A stretch of 64,000 bases of DNA, taken from Candidatus Omnitrophota bacterium. GTDB lineage: Bacteria; Omnitrophota; Omnitrophia; Omnitrophales; Aquincolibacteriaceae. The position numbers were made by a program, and so were the translations under genes. The notes under the pieces are model-generated. The model was not told the DNA's origin, made no database searches, and saw only the letters and a list, made by a program, of their open reading frames with translations. The stretch lies in the NCBI GenBank assembly GCA_022709525.1, contig JAKLIQ010000009.1, forward strand, positions 19,107 through 83,106, written 5' to 3'. Each line of letters begins with the position of its first letter. Positions within the stretch are counted from its first letter, which is position 1. Of this stretch, positions 28,086-37,189 are shown piece after piece.

Positions 28086-28339
28086 GCGCAATCGAGATGG
28101 TGACGCAACATTTGCTTCAGGGAGGATCTTCCTTTTGACGTTTTTAGGTATCGTTCCCGGCGTTTTGCATCCAAGCAATCGCAAAAAGCCTCGTAAAATA
28201 AAATCTCAAAGGGACGCCTGGATCTTGTTGCGATAACCTTACCCTTCTGATGTTCAAAAAACCTTTTCTTTAAATCAGAAGTAAATCCAATGTAAAGTTT
28301 TTTGTCTTTTAAACTTTTGAGTACATAGGTGTAAAACAT
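28082..28339 (-). CDS. GIY-YIG domain small nuclease (UPF0213/YhbQ-like)
   Basis: MFYTYVLKSLKDKKLYIGFTSDLKKRFFEHQKGK is a GIY-YIG core; 85 aa. Confidence 0.75.
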   Translation of the reverse strand: MFYTYVLKSLKDKKLYIGFTSDLKKRFFEHQKGKVIATRSRRPFEILFYEAFCDCLDAKRRERYLKTSKGRSSLKQMLRHHLDCA

Positions 28340-28408
28340 ATGATGATTATGAGGGGGTGCCGCCCCGCACTGCAAAAAATATTTTTTCTAAGCTTGATGG
28401 ATTGTCGT

Positions 28409-28460
28409 GGCATGAACCACGTTGGGTTCATGCCTACCCTACACCCAACGTGGTGTAGGG
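28409..28460 (-). ncRNA. dual-hairpin module immediately 3' of tRNA-Met (two perfect 9-10 bp hairpins, apical loops ACGTT and CAACG)
   Basis: Minus-strand sense: CCCTACACC-ACGTT-GGGTGTAGGG, TA, GGCATGAACC-CAACG-TGGTTCATGCC. It abuts the tRNA discriminator base. Confidence 0.5.
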
Positions 28461-28534
28461 TGCCGGGGGCCAGGATTGAACTGGCGACCTAGGGCTTATG
28501 AGTCCCTCGCTCTAGCCAACTGAGCTACCCCGGC
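28461..28534 (-). tRNA. tRNA-Met (anticodon CAT; elongator-type acceptor, could alternatively be tRNA-Ile2/lysidine)
   Basis: GCCGGGGTAGCTCAGTTGGCTAGAGCGAGGGACTCATAAGCCCTAGGTCGCCAGTTCAATCCTGGCCCCCGGCA; G1:C72 paired, so it is not the initiator. Confidence 0.85.
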
Positions 28535-28585
28535 AAAAAATTTGAAAAGGGGAAATAGAAACGATTTAAATTGTTTGAAAAGGAC

Positions 28586-28638
28586 GCCCCGCACCACATT
28601 GGGTGCGGGGCTGCCCTGAACCCAACGCGGTTCAGGGC
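28586..28638 (-). ncRNA. dual-hairpin module 5' of tRNA-Met (apical loops GCGTT and CAATG), same architecture as the 3' module
   Basis: Minus-strand sense: GCCCTGAACC-GCGTT-GGGTTCAGGGC, A, GCCCCGCACC-CAATG-TGGTGCGGGGC. A possible promoter TTGTGC-18-TAGTAT lies just upstream (28643-28672). Confidence 0.5.
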
Positions 28639-28743
28639 GCGTATACTAACATAGCTTCGCGCGAACGCACAAGCCCGCTTCCGCCTCCGGTATCGATCGG
28701 AAATCATCTTTACATGAGAGGACTAAGGGCGTAAACTGAGCTC

Positions 28744-29736
28744 ATGAAACAGAAGGTTGCCTCAAAATCTTCCGTCTTATCCCCCTCAAACGGAAAGGTT
28801 CAAGCGGACGCCATTATTTTTGACATCGATAATGTCCTGGTGGATACCCGCCGATCCTACCTCGAAGCCATCCGCAATACCGTGGAGCTTTACCTGACCC
28901 ATGGCCCGATCCCTTTCTTCAGCCGTTCGGCTGCGACGAAGTTCCCGAGCCTCCTCACGCCGGAAGACGTGGACCAATTCAAGCTTCTTGGCGGCTTTAA
29001 CGATGACTGGGATTGTTGTTACGGTCTGCTTGTCTATCTCCTCTCGCTCCCGGTAAAGAACAGGACCTTGGAATCGCTAAAAAAAACGGTTCAAATAGAA
29101 AAATTCGCCAAAACCGTCAAACAGCGGCCTCTTAAGGTCGCCGGCATTACCGCCCTTTTCGGCCGCCCCACGACCATCACGATCGAAAAAGTAGCGCGCA
29201 TCTTCCAGGAAGTTTATTTAGGCAAGGATATCTTCCCCCGGCTGACGCTTAATAAAATGCGCTATTGGAAAAAACGGGGCCTTATTCACCGGGAGAAACT
29301 TGTTTTTAAACGCCCTCTGCTCCAGAAACTCAAGGATCATGGATTGAAGCTGGGGATCGCGACGGGCCGCTCATTTTATGAAGCTTCTCATGCCCTCAAG
29401 CAATTTGGGATCGCGGACCTCTTCGACGCCATGACGACCATGGATGATGTTAAAAAAGAAGAGCGAGAAAAAAAAGAATCCCTGCGCAAGCCGCACCCTT
29501 TCTCGCTGCTTAAGACCGCTTACGCCCTTGGGGCCAAAAAAAAGTTCCTTTATGTGGGCGATCTGCCAGATGACGTCCTTGCCGCGAACCGCGCAAAGCA
29601 TTCGATCCACATCCGCTCGATCGCTTTTCCGACGCTTGCCGCCAACCCTTTTCAAGCCATCAAAGAACTGGAACTCGTCAAACCCGATTTTTTCATCAAA
29701 ACGCCCACGGATCTCTGCCGTCTTTTGAAGATCTGA
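28744..29736 (+). CDS. HAD-superfamily hydrolase (subfamily IA-like, capped)
   Basis: Motif I IIFDIDNVLVDT; KPHP; VGDLPDDV motif IV. Confidence 0.7.
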   Translation: MKQKVASKSSVLSPSNGKVQADAIIFDIDNVLVDTRRSYLEAIRNTVELYLTHGPIPFFSRSAATKFPSLLTPEDVDQFKLLGGFNDDWDCCYGLLVYLLSLPVKNRTLESLKKTVQIEKFAKTVKQRPLKVAGITALFGRPTTITIEKVARIFQEVYLGKDIFPRLTLNKMRYWKKRGLIHREKLVFKRPLLQKLKDHGLKLGIATGRSFYEASHALKQFGIADLFDAMTTMDDVKKEEREKKESLRKPHPFSLLKTAYALGAKKKFLYVGDLPDDVLAANRAKHSIHIRSIAFPTLAANPFQAIKELELVKPDFFIKTPTDLCRLLKI

Positions 29737-29743
29737 TCCGTTC

Positions 29744-29775
29744 CCGCGCTGCGGGTTCCCTTCCTTTTTAAAAAC
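29744..29775 (+). terminator. rho-independent terminator after HAD hydrolase gene
   Basis: CCCGCGCTGCGGG hairpin followed by a TTCCCTTCCTTTTT run. Confidence 0.5.
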
Positions 29776-29870
29776 CTTAAGAGTTCCGTTGCTTTTCGGT
29801 CGGGCCACCGTTAGAATTCTCCGGCTGTTAAACATCTTAATTTTTCCGGGAATCCGCCGACAGAGGGAAC

Positions 29871-30680
29871 ATGAAGCCGCTCGTCCTGTGGTCCTTGCTA
29901 CTCCTGGTCGTTTCTCCCCCCTTCCTTGCCGCCCATGCTTCCGACGCTCCGATGACCGCCGATGAACTTGTCTGCCTCCAAAAAATGATCTTTTTCCATG
30001 AATGCTCGGGAAAAACAGAGCGGATGACGGCATGGAACGAGGATGAAAATTTCCCGTCGTTCGGGATCGGGCACTTCATCTGGTACCCTCAAGACAAAAA
30101 AGGCCCTTACAAAGAACTTTTCCCCGAATACCTTTTGTTCGCGGAAGAACAAAAAGAGGAGATCCCCGCGTGGATCAAAGCTCTCCCGACCCGCGAAGCT
30201 CCCTGGCAGACCCGCGAAGAATTCTTAAATGATCTTTCAAGCGAGCGCATGATCTTTCTGAGGAATTTTTTGGACCAGACCCAAAAACTCCAGGCCCAAT
30301 TCATCATGCGCCGGATCGAAGGGGTCTTGCCTAAGATGCTTGCCGCAACGAGCGAAGAAAAACGGCCGGAGATCCAATTGAAATTCAAAATGGTCGCCGA
30401 CGCTCCTAATGGGATGTTCGCCCTGATCGATTACGTGAATTTTAAAGGCGAAGGGATCCTTGAGACGGAACGTTTCCAGGGACAGGGATGGGGTTTGTTG
30501 CAGGTGTTGGAAGAAATGCGGATCCCGGAAGAAAAAGAGGACGCGGTAAAAGAATTCGTGCGAGCCGCGAAAAAGGTCCTTGAGGACAGATGCCGTAATG
30601 CCCCGCCGGAGCAAGATTGCTCCAAACGCCTAAAGGGATGGAAAGCCCGGGTTAAGAATTACCTGAAAATCCGCTGCTGA
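29871..30680 (+). CDS. secreted hypothetical protein (269 aa)
   Basis: Signal peptide MKPLVLWSLLLLVVSPPFLAAHA; RBS GAGGGAA. Conserved-looking ECSGKTE..WNEDENFPSFGIGHFIWYP block, no family assigned. Confidence 0.55.
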   Translation: MKPLVLWSLLLLVVSPPFLAAHASDAPMTADELVCLQKMIFFHECSGKTERMTAWNEDENFPSFGIGHFIWYPQDKKGPYKELFPEYLLFAEEQKEEIPAWIKALPTREAPWQTREEFLNDLSSERMIFLRNFLDQTQKLQAQFIMRRIEGVLPKMLAATSEEKRPEIQLKFKMVADAPNGMFALIDYVNFKGEGILETERFQGQGWGLLQVLEEMRIPEEKEDAVKEFVRAAKKVLEDRCRNAPPEQDCSKRLKGWKARVKNYLKIRC

Positions 30681-30702
30681 TCTTTCTCCGGCGGAACGCC
30701 CG

Positions 30703-31782
30703 CTAGGAAAGAATGGCCCTGCGAAGAAGGTAAGTGCCGATCCCGATCAGGATGATGTTGGGGAGCCAAAGCACGATCACGGGCGGCAACCCTCCGCGCG
30801 ACGCGATCGATTGGGCGAGCGCAAAAAGAATGTAGTAAACGCTTGTGGCCGCCATCGAGATACCGAAACTGATGACCACTTCCCCGCGCTTGACGATCGA
30901 GGCGATCGGGATCCCGATAAAGGCAAAAACAAGGGAGCCGAACGCGAAGGCGATCCTTTGATGGAAGACCGCCCAAAGTTCGCGGCGGGTCTTCTTATCG
31001 GTCTTTTCCGAAACATCCACCAGGATCTCCGCCAGCGTCATGTCCTTTTTCTTTTTCCCCATCTTGCGGATATCGTCCTCGTCGAGCGTCGGGAACTTGT
31101 AGGTCTTGAACTGAACGGACTGAACGCCTTCATCTTGCGATTCTGAAACGCTGCCGTTGAAAAGCTGGACCTCGAGCTGGCCGGTATTCGGGTCCATCAC
31201 GATCTTGCCGCTTTCTGCGACGATCGTCCGCACGGGGTTCTCGGAATCGACGCCCTCATGGGCGACGATATCCTTCATTTCGTTACCTTCCACGCGTTTG
31301 GCGAGAAAAAGGATGTTGGAACTGATCTTCACGAAACGCCCGGGTTCGATCAGCGCCATCGGGTGTTGCATGATCATTTTCTTGGTTGCGCGGCGGAGCT
31401 CAAATCGCGCAGGAGGCCCGACCTGGTCATTAAAAACGAACATGAGAACGCTTAGCGCGAATCCCAAAATAAGGGGCGGCATCATGAATCTCAAAGGATG
31501 CACGCCGGACGCTTTCATGGCGCGGAATTCGTTATGCTGGGAAAAATTACCGAAGACGATCAGAACACCGGTCAGAAGGCTCATGGGAGCGGTATAGCTC
31601 ACGATCGAGGGCATGACAAGCAGAAGCACATAGAGGGTCTGCCCCAATGACACCCCCCGGCCGATGATCATGTCGGCGGCTTTGACCAGATACCCCGCCA
31701 TAAAAATGAACGAGAGCACCGTAAAACAAAGCACGCACGGCAAAAGCAGCTCTTTTAGCACATAACGTTGGAGAATTTTCAT
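30703..31782 (-). CDS. LptF/LptG family LPS export permease (YjgP/YjgQ)
   Basis: MKILQRYVLKELLLP... six TM helices plus a periplasmic beta-jellyroll; family hallmark N-terminus. Confidence 0.85.
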   Translation of the reverse strand: MKILQRYVLKELLLPCVLCFTVLSFIFMAGYLVKAADMIIGRGVSLGQTLYVLLLVMPSIVSYTAPMSLLTGVLIVFGNFSQHNEFRAMKASGVHPLRFMMPPLILGFALSVLMFVFNDQVGPPARFELRRATKKMIMQHPMALIEPGRFVKISSNILFLAKRVEGNEMKDIVAHEGVDSENPVRTIVAESGKIVMDPNTGQLEVQLFNGSVSESQDEGVQSVQFKTYKFPTLDEDDIRKMGKKKKDMTLAEILVDVSEKTDKKTRRELWAVFHQRIAFAFGSLVFAFIGIPIASIVKRGEVVISFGISMAATSVYYILFALAQSIASRGGLPPVIVLWLPNIILIGIGTYLLRRAILS

Positions 31783-31877
31783 TTTGAATAGCTTTTCAGA
31801 AGTATGGTTGACGAATGTTCACGTATCCTATGAGTCATGTCCGCCTTTGTCAAGGTGATGGAAACCGCCCCAAGGCC

Positions 31878-33077
31878 CTAAGGCCCTTCGGCGTATTTTT
31901 TCAGAATAGAGCCGCGGATCGCTCTGACGAATTGTGACGGCGAAACATAGCCGTTCATGCGAAGAGTTTTTACTTCGCGCCCTTTTTCATCGAGAAAAAC
32001 AATGGTCGGAACGCCGAAGACGCCGAACCGGCGGATCGCATCAAGAGTCTCGGCCGAGTCCGCGGAGGTGGCATCGACTTTGATCTTTCGGAAACGGCCC
32101 AAGGTCTCGATGACCCCGGGATCCGAGTAAGTGAATTGCTCAAGCTCATGACACGGGATACACCAATCGGCATAAAAGTCCAGAACGACCGGCTGCTCCG
32201 AGGCGGCCGCCTCTTCAAGGATCCCCGGGCGATAGTCTTCCCATACGAGGCCCGCCGGGGAACGGAACGAGACGATCCCCGTCATCATCATGACCCCTGC
32301 CGCCGTGATCAAAACCCCCGCCACACGTTTGAAAACGAGGAATTTTTTCGACGCATGGGCCGAACGCTCAAACCAGCCAAGATAGATCCCGCCCAGCGTG
32401 AAGGCGATCGGGACGATCCAGGGCACGATCGGCCAGCGGAACGCGATGATCAGATAAAAACAGCCGAAGGAGAACAATGCGACCGCTAGAAGTCTTTCGA
32501 ACCAGACCAACCACGCGCCGGACTTGGGCAGTTTCTTCAAGAGCCCCGAAAAAGTCCCGAGCACAAGGTAAGGCGATCCCAACCCCAATGCCAGCATGAG
32601 GAATGAGCCCGCTCCGAACACGATATTTCTTTCCTGGCTCACATGCGTCAAGAGGGCGAGAACGACCGGCCCCATGCAGGGCGCTGCAACGATTCCCACG
32701 AAAAGCCCCGAAAGGAAATAACTGAAAAGATTCACGTGAGAAACCCGGTGCTGCGGCACAAGCCAGGAAGGCGGCCGGAAAGTATAAAGACCGAACATGC
32801 TAAGCGACAACGCGATGATGAAAAGGCCGATCGCGAGAAGCACCCAGGAATTCTGGAGAAGCCCGCCAAAAAAATCGCCGGTGAACGCCGCAAAAATGCC
32901 GACGGAGGTGAACATGACCGCGATCCCCAGCACATAAAGGACCGCCCGGCCGAAAGCGCGCCATGAGGTATGGGCCTCGGAACCCCGGAAAAGCGAAAGT
33001 GTGATCGTGATCATGGGGTAAACGCAAGGCGTAAGGTTCAACCCCAATCCGAGGAGAAAATAACCGAGATACTCCAT
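31878..33077 (-). CDS. dsbD: DsbD/CcdA-type thiol:disulfide interchange protein with C-terminal thioredoxin domain
   Basis: TM core with LTPCVYPM and AAPCMGP Cys motifs; C-terminal WCIPC thioredoxin. Confidence 0.85.
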   Translation of the reverse strand: MEYLGYFLLGLGLNLTPCVYPMITITLSLFRGSEAHTSWRAFGRAVLYVLGIAVMFTSVGIFAAFTGDFFGGLLQNSWVLLAIGLFIIALSLSMFGLYTFRPPSWLVPQHRVSHVNLFSYFLSGLFVGIVAAPCMGPVVLALLTHVSQERNIVFGAGSFLMLALGLGSPYLVLGTFSGLLKKLPKSGAWLVWFERLLAVALFSFGCFYLIIAFRWPIVPWIVPIAFTLGGIYLGWFERSAHASKKFLVFKRVAGVLITAAGVMMMTGIVSFRSPAGLVWEDYRPGILEEAAASEQPVVLDFYADWCIPCHELEQFTYSDPGVIETLGRFRKIKVDATSADSAETLDAIRRFGVFGVPTIVFLDEKGREVKTLRMNGYVSPSQFVRAIRGSILKKYAEGP

Positions 33078-33102
33078 AAAAAGGTCCTTTTATGCCGAAA
33101 AT

Positions 33103-33720
33103 TTAAAATAAACTCGTGGGAAAATCGGCCTTAGGCGCCGTTTTGCCTAATAATGCTTCCGCCGTTTTTTTCCAGGATACGGGGATCTCGTAGGTCTTGA
33201 AATCCCAGGTGGAAGTAAAAAAGATCTTTCCCTCGCGGCAACCGTACTCGTAAATATCTTTCGTGAGGCGCACATCGTCCTGGCAGTATTTTTTTAGTTC
33301 GTCCATGCGTCCCTCTTTGAAAAGGATAAGGGCTTCGGCGCCGTCGCCGGTCTTTCCTTGCTTGAGCGTTGCGCGGGCGACGCTATCTAGGCTTGCCCGG
33401 TGGCCGCGGGCCTTTTCGATATCATCCAAAAGATCCAGCACGGGAAATTGCTCAATAGGCTTAAAAAGGTAGGGCTGGAGCACGGGCATGTCAAAACGGC
33501 GGATGTTAAACCCTATGATAAGGTCCGCGGTCTGAAGGCGCCGGTCAAGAGCCATCATGTCTTTTTCTTCGTAAGAAGAATATTCGCCGGTCAAATAATC
33601 GTAAAGGCAGACAACGGATACCTTCAGCTTTGCAAGGCTCATCGCCTTTGATTTGCCGATTTCTTTAAAGGATTTCTGCGTTTCAAGGTCTAAGACCAGG
33701 ATATTTTTGTTGTCTGTCAT
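33103..33720 (-). CDS. DEDD-type 3'-5' exonuclease (RNase H-like fold)
   Basis: Exo I VLDLETQ, Exo II FNIRRFDMPVL, Exo III YCQDDVRLTKDIY. Confidence 0.65.
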   Translation of the reverse strand: MTDNKNILVLDLETQKSFKEIGKSKAMSLAKLKVSVVCLYDYLTGEYSSYEEKDMMALDRRLQTADLIIGFNIRRFDMPVLQPYLFKPIEQFPVLDLLDDIEKARGHRASLDSVARATLKQGKTGDGAEALILFKEGRMDELKKYCQDDVRLTKDIYEYGCREGKIFFTSTWDFKTYEIPVSWKKTAEALLGKTAPKADFPTSLF

Positions 33721-33731
33721 TTTTGATCCTT

Positions 33732-34455
33732 TTAAATTAACTCTTTCAAATCGCGGATCACGGTCACGAATTCTTTATGTTCCTGGGTCAATCCGCCGTG
33801 CCTTCCCGACCGGTCAAGCCAGATCCCTTGGATGCCGGCCAAGTGCGCGCCTCGGATATCATCTTCCAGACTGTCGCCAACATGAACGGCGTCGGCGGCC
33901 GGAACATTCGCCTTTTTAAGGGCCTCGAGAAAAATCTTCGGGTTGGGTTTCGCCGCACCAAAAACGGCTGAGATCACTTTAAAATCAAAATAGGAATCGA
34001 TCCCAAGCCCTTCGCACAATTTAAAAAGCCGGCTGTCCCAGTTCGATACAAGCCCGAGAATGAATTTTTTCTTTTTAAGCGATCGAAGCACTTCCTCGAC
34101 TTCGGGATAAAGCTTCCAGACACGCGGCTCCGCGAAAAGATCATGAAGCTCATCAAAAAAAGGATCGAAGACCCGCAGGCCCTCGAAATCCTTAAAAACG
34201 GCCGTCACGATCTTGCGCCAGAATTCTTTTTCGATCTTCTCATCCGAATGGCTGCGTAGATCGCCGATCCCGTCGTGCTCGCTCCACACACGCCGGAACG
34301 CGGCCTCGACATCTTTTTCGCTTACCCGGCAGCCGTGCTTTGCCGCAACCATACTATAATAATATCCGACGGACGGAAACGGGCGAAAAAGTGTCCCTCC
34401 GGCATCAAAAAGGATCGCCCGGGTCCCGCGAGGAATCTTACCGGCTTTGTTCACC
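33732..34455 (-). CDS. HAD-IA family hydrolase
   Basis: Motif I ILFDAGGTLF, LVSNWD, GDSLEDDIRGA. GTG start at 34455 with a GGAGGAG RBS. The track ORF extension to 34715 overlaps the upstream TPR gene and lacks an ATG. Confidence 0.7.
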
Positions 34456-35265
34456 GCTCTCTTCTCCTCCGCCACCGCCAAAATTCTGCATGAGCATTTG
34501 CCCGAGATAAGGCAGCGCTTGTCCGATCCCCGCTTGCTGTTGCTCGGTCGGATCTTTTCCCATGGCAACGGCGGTCCGCTGGTCCATAGTGAAATTACCG
34601 CCTGAAGAAGGCATTCCGAATGGGACGGAAACGCTCTCGCTTTCGGGAGCCTTCCGCTTGGCGTCCATTTCACGGATCGCTTCCTGAATATCTTCGTTCC
34701 CGTAATCGAATTCACGGGCTTTCAGGAACGCTTCCTTAGCTTCACTAAAAAATCCTTGTTCGCTATACACCATCCCGATCTGGAACCACGACGCGCAGAT
34801 CAGATAGGCATCCTCTCCGGGATCGGCAAGCTGGATCGCCTTCCGAAGCTCCTCCCGCGCGCGTTCCATCTGGCCCATGCGTTTATAGACGACGCCGAGA
34901 TTGTAATGCGCGACTTTATCTTTCGGACGGATCATCAGGACCTTTTCAAGGGCGTCCCGGCTTTTCGCGATCCACTCGAGGGATTGTTTCCCTTTTTGCG
35001 TGCGCGTTCTGTCAAAAAGCGTCGCGTAAGCCGTGGAAAGCTGGTAATAGAGATCCGCGTTCCCGGGATCCTTGCCAAGTTTCGCCTTAAGCGCCCGCTC
35101 CATCCCGATCAATTCGGCTTCGGTTTTCTGGGAAAGGTCTTCCTCTCCCATGGCCTGTCCCGACATAAAATCCCGGTCATCTTCCTCATAGGTTTGAGCC
35201 GGTAACACGGAGGGACAACTCAGCACGATCAAAAAAAGAAAACAAAGAATACGCTTAGAGGCCAC
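34438..35265 (-). CDS. secreted or lipo-anchored TPR-repeat protein
   Basis: TPR repeats (LYYQLSTAYATLFD, AHYNLGVVYKRMGQMERAREELRKAIQL). The likely GTG start at 35265 gives MASKRILCFLFLIVLSC (lipobox-like VLSC). The track ATG at 35313 would overlap the upstream gene by 59 nt. Confidence 0.65.
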   Translation of the reverse strand: MASKRILCFLFLIVLSCPSVLPAQTYEEDDRDFMSGQAMGEEDLSQKTEAELIGMERALKAKLGKDPGNADLYYQLSTAYATLFDRTRTQKGKQSLEWIAKSRDALEKVLMIRPKDKVAHYNLGVVYKRMGQMERAREELRKAIQLADPGEDAYLICASWFQIGMVYSEQGFFSEAKEAFLKAREFDYGNEDIQEAIREMDAKRKAPESESVSVPFGMPSSGGNFTMDQRTAVAMGKDPTEQQQAGIGQALPYLGQMLMQNFGGGGGEESGEQSR

Positions 35266-35611
35266 GGAATTTCTCAAGACCGGGAGGAGGGCCCGAAAGT
35301 TTGACGCGCGCAATGCGGCGGATCAGGAGCCGGCCCTGCGCGCCTTCCACATAATCGATGCTCACGACCTGGCCGGACCGCAGATCGGTAAGCTTAGGGA
35401 TACCGCTCAGGCCTGTTTGATCGTCGACATAAAAAACAAGGCGCTGGATCTTTTCGGTGGCGGGATGACGGAAGTCCACTTCAATGCTGGAACCGTCCTT
35501 GGCGGGCTTCACGACATGCGCCGAAAGCGTTTTCATTACCGGCTCCGCGCACCGAGCGTGAACCGGAAGGATCAAAAATGCCGCGAAAAGAAGAAAAAAA
35601 TATTTAGACAC
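35255..35611 (-). CDS. secreted hypothetical protein (about 118 aa)
   Basis: Signal peptide (M)SKYFFLLFAAFLILPVHA from a GTG at 35611 overlapping the tpx stop. The track N-terminal extension overlaps tpx. Confidence 0.5.
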   Translation of the reverse strand: MSKYFFLLFAAFLILPVHARCAEPVMKTLSAHVVKPAKDGSSIEVDFRHPATEKIQRLVFYVDDQTGLSGIPKLTDLRSGQVVSIDYVEGAQGRLLIRRIARVKLSGPPPGLEKFRGL

Positions 35612-36128
35612 AGGTTTTAAGGAATTCCAGCACTTTTTCATAATCCGGATGACGCGCGATCTCCCGAACATATTCCACATACCGGATCTTGTCATCCGTT
35701 CCGATCACAAAAATAGCGCGCGAAAGAAATTTCAATTCTTTGATGAAAACTCCGTAGGCACGACCGAAGGCGTGATCCTGATAATCGGAAGCCAGCTTGA
35801 TCTTGTCGGTGGCCGCAAGTTTGCACCATCGCCCCTGAGCAAACGGAAGGTCCATGCTTACTCCCAACACCGCAATGGAATCGGGAAGCTTTGCCGCCTC
35901 CTGATTGAAACGCCTGGTTTGGAGATCGCAGACGGGCGTATCGATCGAAGGCACCACGCTGATGAGCCGGATCTTCCCTTTGGAATCGGCCAAGGTTACC
36001 GGCTTCAGATCTGTGCCGGTAAGTTTGAAATCGGGCGCCTGATCGCCTGCTTTGAGCTCCGGGCCGACCAAGGTTAACGGACTGCCCTGAAAAGTTGCGG
36101 CACCCCTTCTTTCTTCCGGCATTTTCAA
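35604..36128 (-). CDS. tpx: thiol peroxidase (Tpx-type peroxiredoxin)
   Basis: SVVPSIDTPVCDLQTRRFN peroxidatic Cys motif. Confidence 0.9.
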   Translation of the reverse strand: MKMPEERRGAATFQGSPLTLVGPELKAGDQAPDFKLTGTDLKPVTLADSKGKIRLISVVPSIDTPVCDLQTRRFNQEAAKLPDSIAVLGVSMDLPFAQGRWCKLAATDKIKLASDYQDHAFGRAYGVFIKELKFLSRAIFVIGTDDKIRYVEYVREIARHPDYEKVLEFLKTCV

Positions 36129-36146
36129 TACCTCCTTGAGGATCCT

Positions 36147-36518
36147 TCAGGGATTCTTTTTGCGGGATTTTGAGTAATTCGCCGAAACGATCGTATGAAG
36201 GCCTCCGCGTACAAAGAAATCGGCCTCAACCGACATGTGACGCGGCCTTACGGCTTTAACAAGATCGTCCAGGATCTTGTTGGTCACGGCTTCATGGAAT
36301 GCGCCTTCGTTCCGGTAACTCCAAAAATAAAGTTTAAGACTTTTCAGTTCCACGCAGAATTCGTCCGGAACATAGGCGATGCGGATCGTGGCGAAATCCG
36401 GCTGGCCCGTCTTCGGGCAAAGACAGGTAAATTCCGGACATTCGATCTGGATATCATAATCGCGCCGGGGATTCGGGTTCCGGAAGATCTCAAGTTTTTT
36501 TGACGGTTGTGAGGGCAT
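36147..36518 (-). CDS. queF: NADPH-dependent 7-cyano-7-deazaguanine reductase (unimodular QueF)
   Basis: [15 protein letters not shown] QueF motif. Confidence 0.85.
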   Translation of the reverse strand: MPSQPSKKLEIFRNPNPRRDYDIQIECPEFTCLCPKTGQPDFATIRIAYVPDEFCVELKSLKLYFWSYRNEGAFHEAVTNKILDDLVKAVRPRHMSVEADFFVRGGLHTIVSANYSKSRKKNP

Positions 36519-36528
36519 AGAAAAAACC

Positions 36529-37173
36529 TTATTTCGTGATCACAAAGACGGCGTTCTGGGCGAAAAGGTTCGGAAGGACGCGGACGCGCCCCTGCGCGTC
36601 AAGGTAATGCGCAGCCAAAATTTTATACCCTTTCGCGGCACAGAAGGATTTGAAATCCTTGATCGAAAGAAAGCGCAGGTTCGGCGTGCTGTACCATTCG
36701 TAAGGAAGCGAGGAAACGATCGGTGCCCTGCCTCCGAAAAACATCAGGATACGCGCCTCCAGATAAGCGAAATTCGGGAACCCGATGATGACTTTCTTGC
36801 CGACACGCAGCGCTTCCGAGATCACGCCCTCGACGCGTTTGGCTTCCTGCAAGCTTTGGTTCAGGATCACGTAGTCGAACGATTGGTCCGGATAATACGG
36901 CAGGCCGCTGTCGATATCGCTATGGAAAACGCTCAATCCTTTTTCGACACAGGCATGGATGGCATCATTATTGAGTTCGACGCCTTGCCCCTTGACGCCT
37001 TTGCGTTCGACAAGAAGCGCGAGAAGGTCCCCGTTGCCGCAGCCCAGGTCCAGGACTTTGGAGCCCGTCTCCACGATCCCGCAGATCGCCTGATGGTCTA
37101 GCCGTTTGACGGCCGGTGTTATTTTCTGTTTCTCCATAGGAAAGATGGTATTCCCCTCTTGCGTTTTTTTCAA
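36529..37173 (-). CDS. metW: methionine biosynthesis protein MetW
   Basis: [15 protein letters not shown]-MTase-like fold; [12 protein letters not shown]; [13 protein letters not shown]. Close match to MetW. Confidence 0.85.
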   Translation of the reverse strand: MKKTQEGNTIFPMEKQKITPAVKRLDHQAICGIVETGSKVLDLGCGNGDLLALLVERKGVKGQGVELNNDAIHACVEKGLSVFHSDIDSGLPYYPDQSFDYVILNQSLQEAKRVEGVISEALRVGKKVIIGFPNFAYLEARILMFFGGRAPIVSSLPYEWYSTPNLRFLSIKDFKSFCAAKGYKILAAHYLDAQGRVRVLPNLFAQNAVFVITK

Positions 37174-37189
37174 GGGAAGAAAAAGGGGC

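Noticed and set aside
28381-28660. Integron attC sites or a gene cassette around tRNA-Met
   Set aside because: The hairpins are perfect and short, whereas attC sites are imperfect with extrahelical bases. There is no intI nor cassette ORFs, so I kept only the structural observation.
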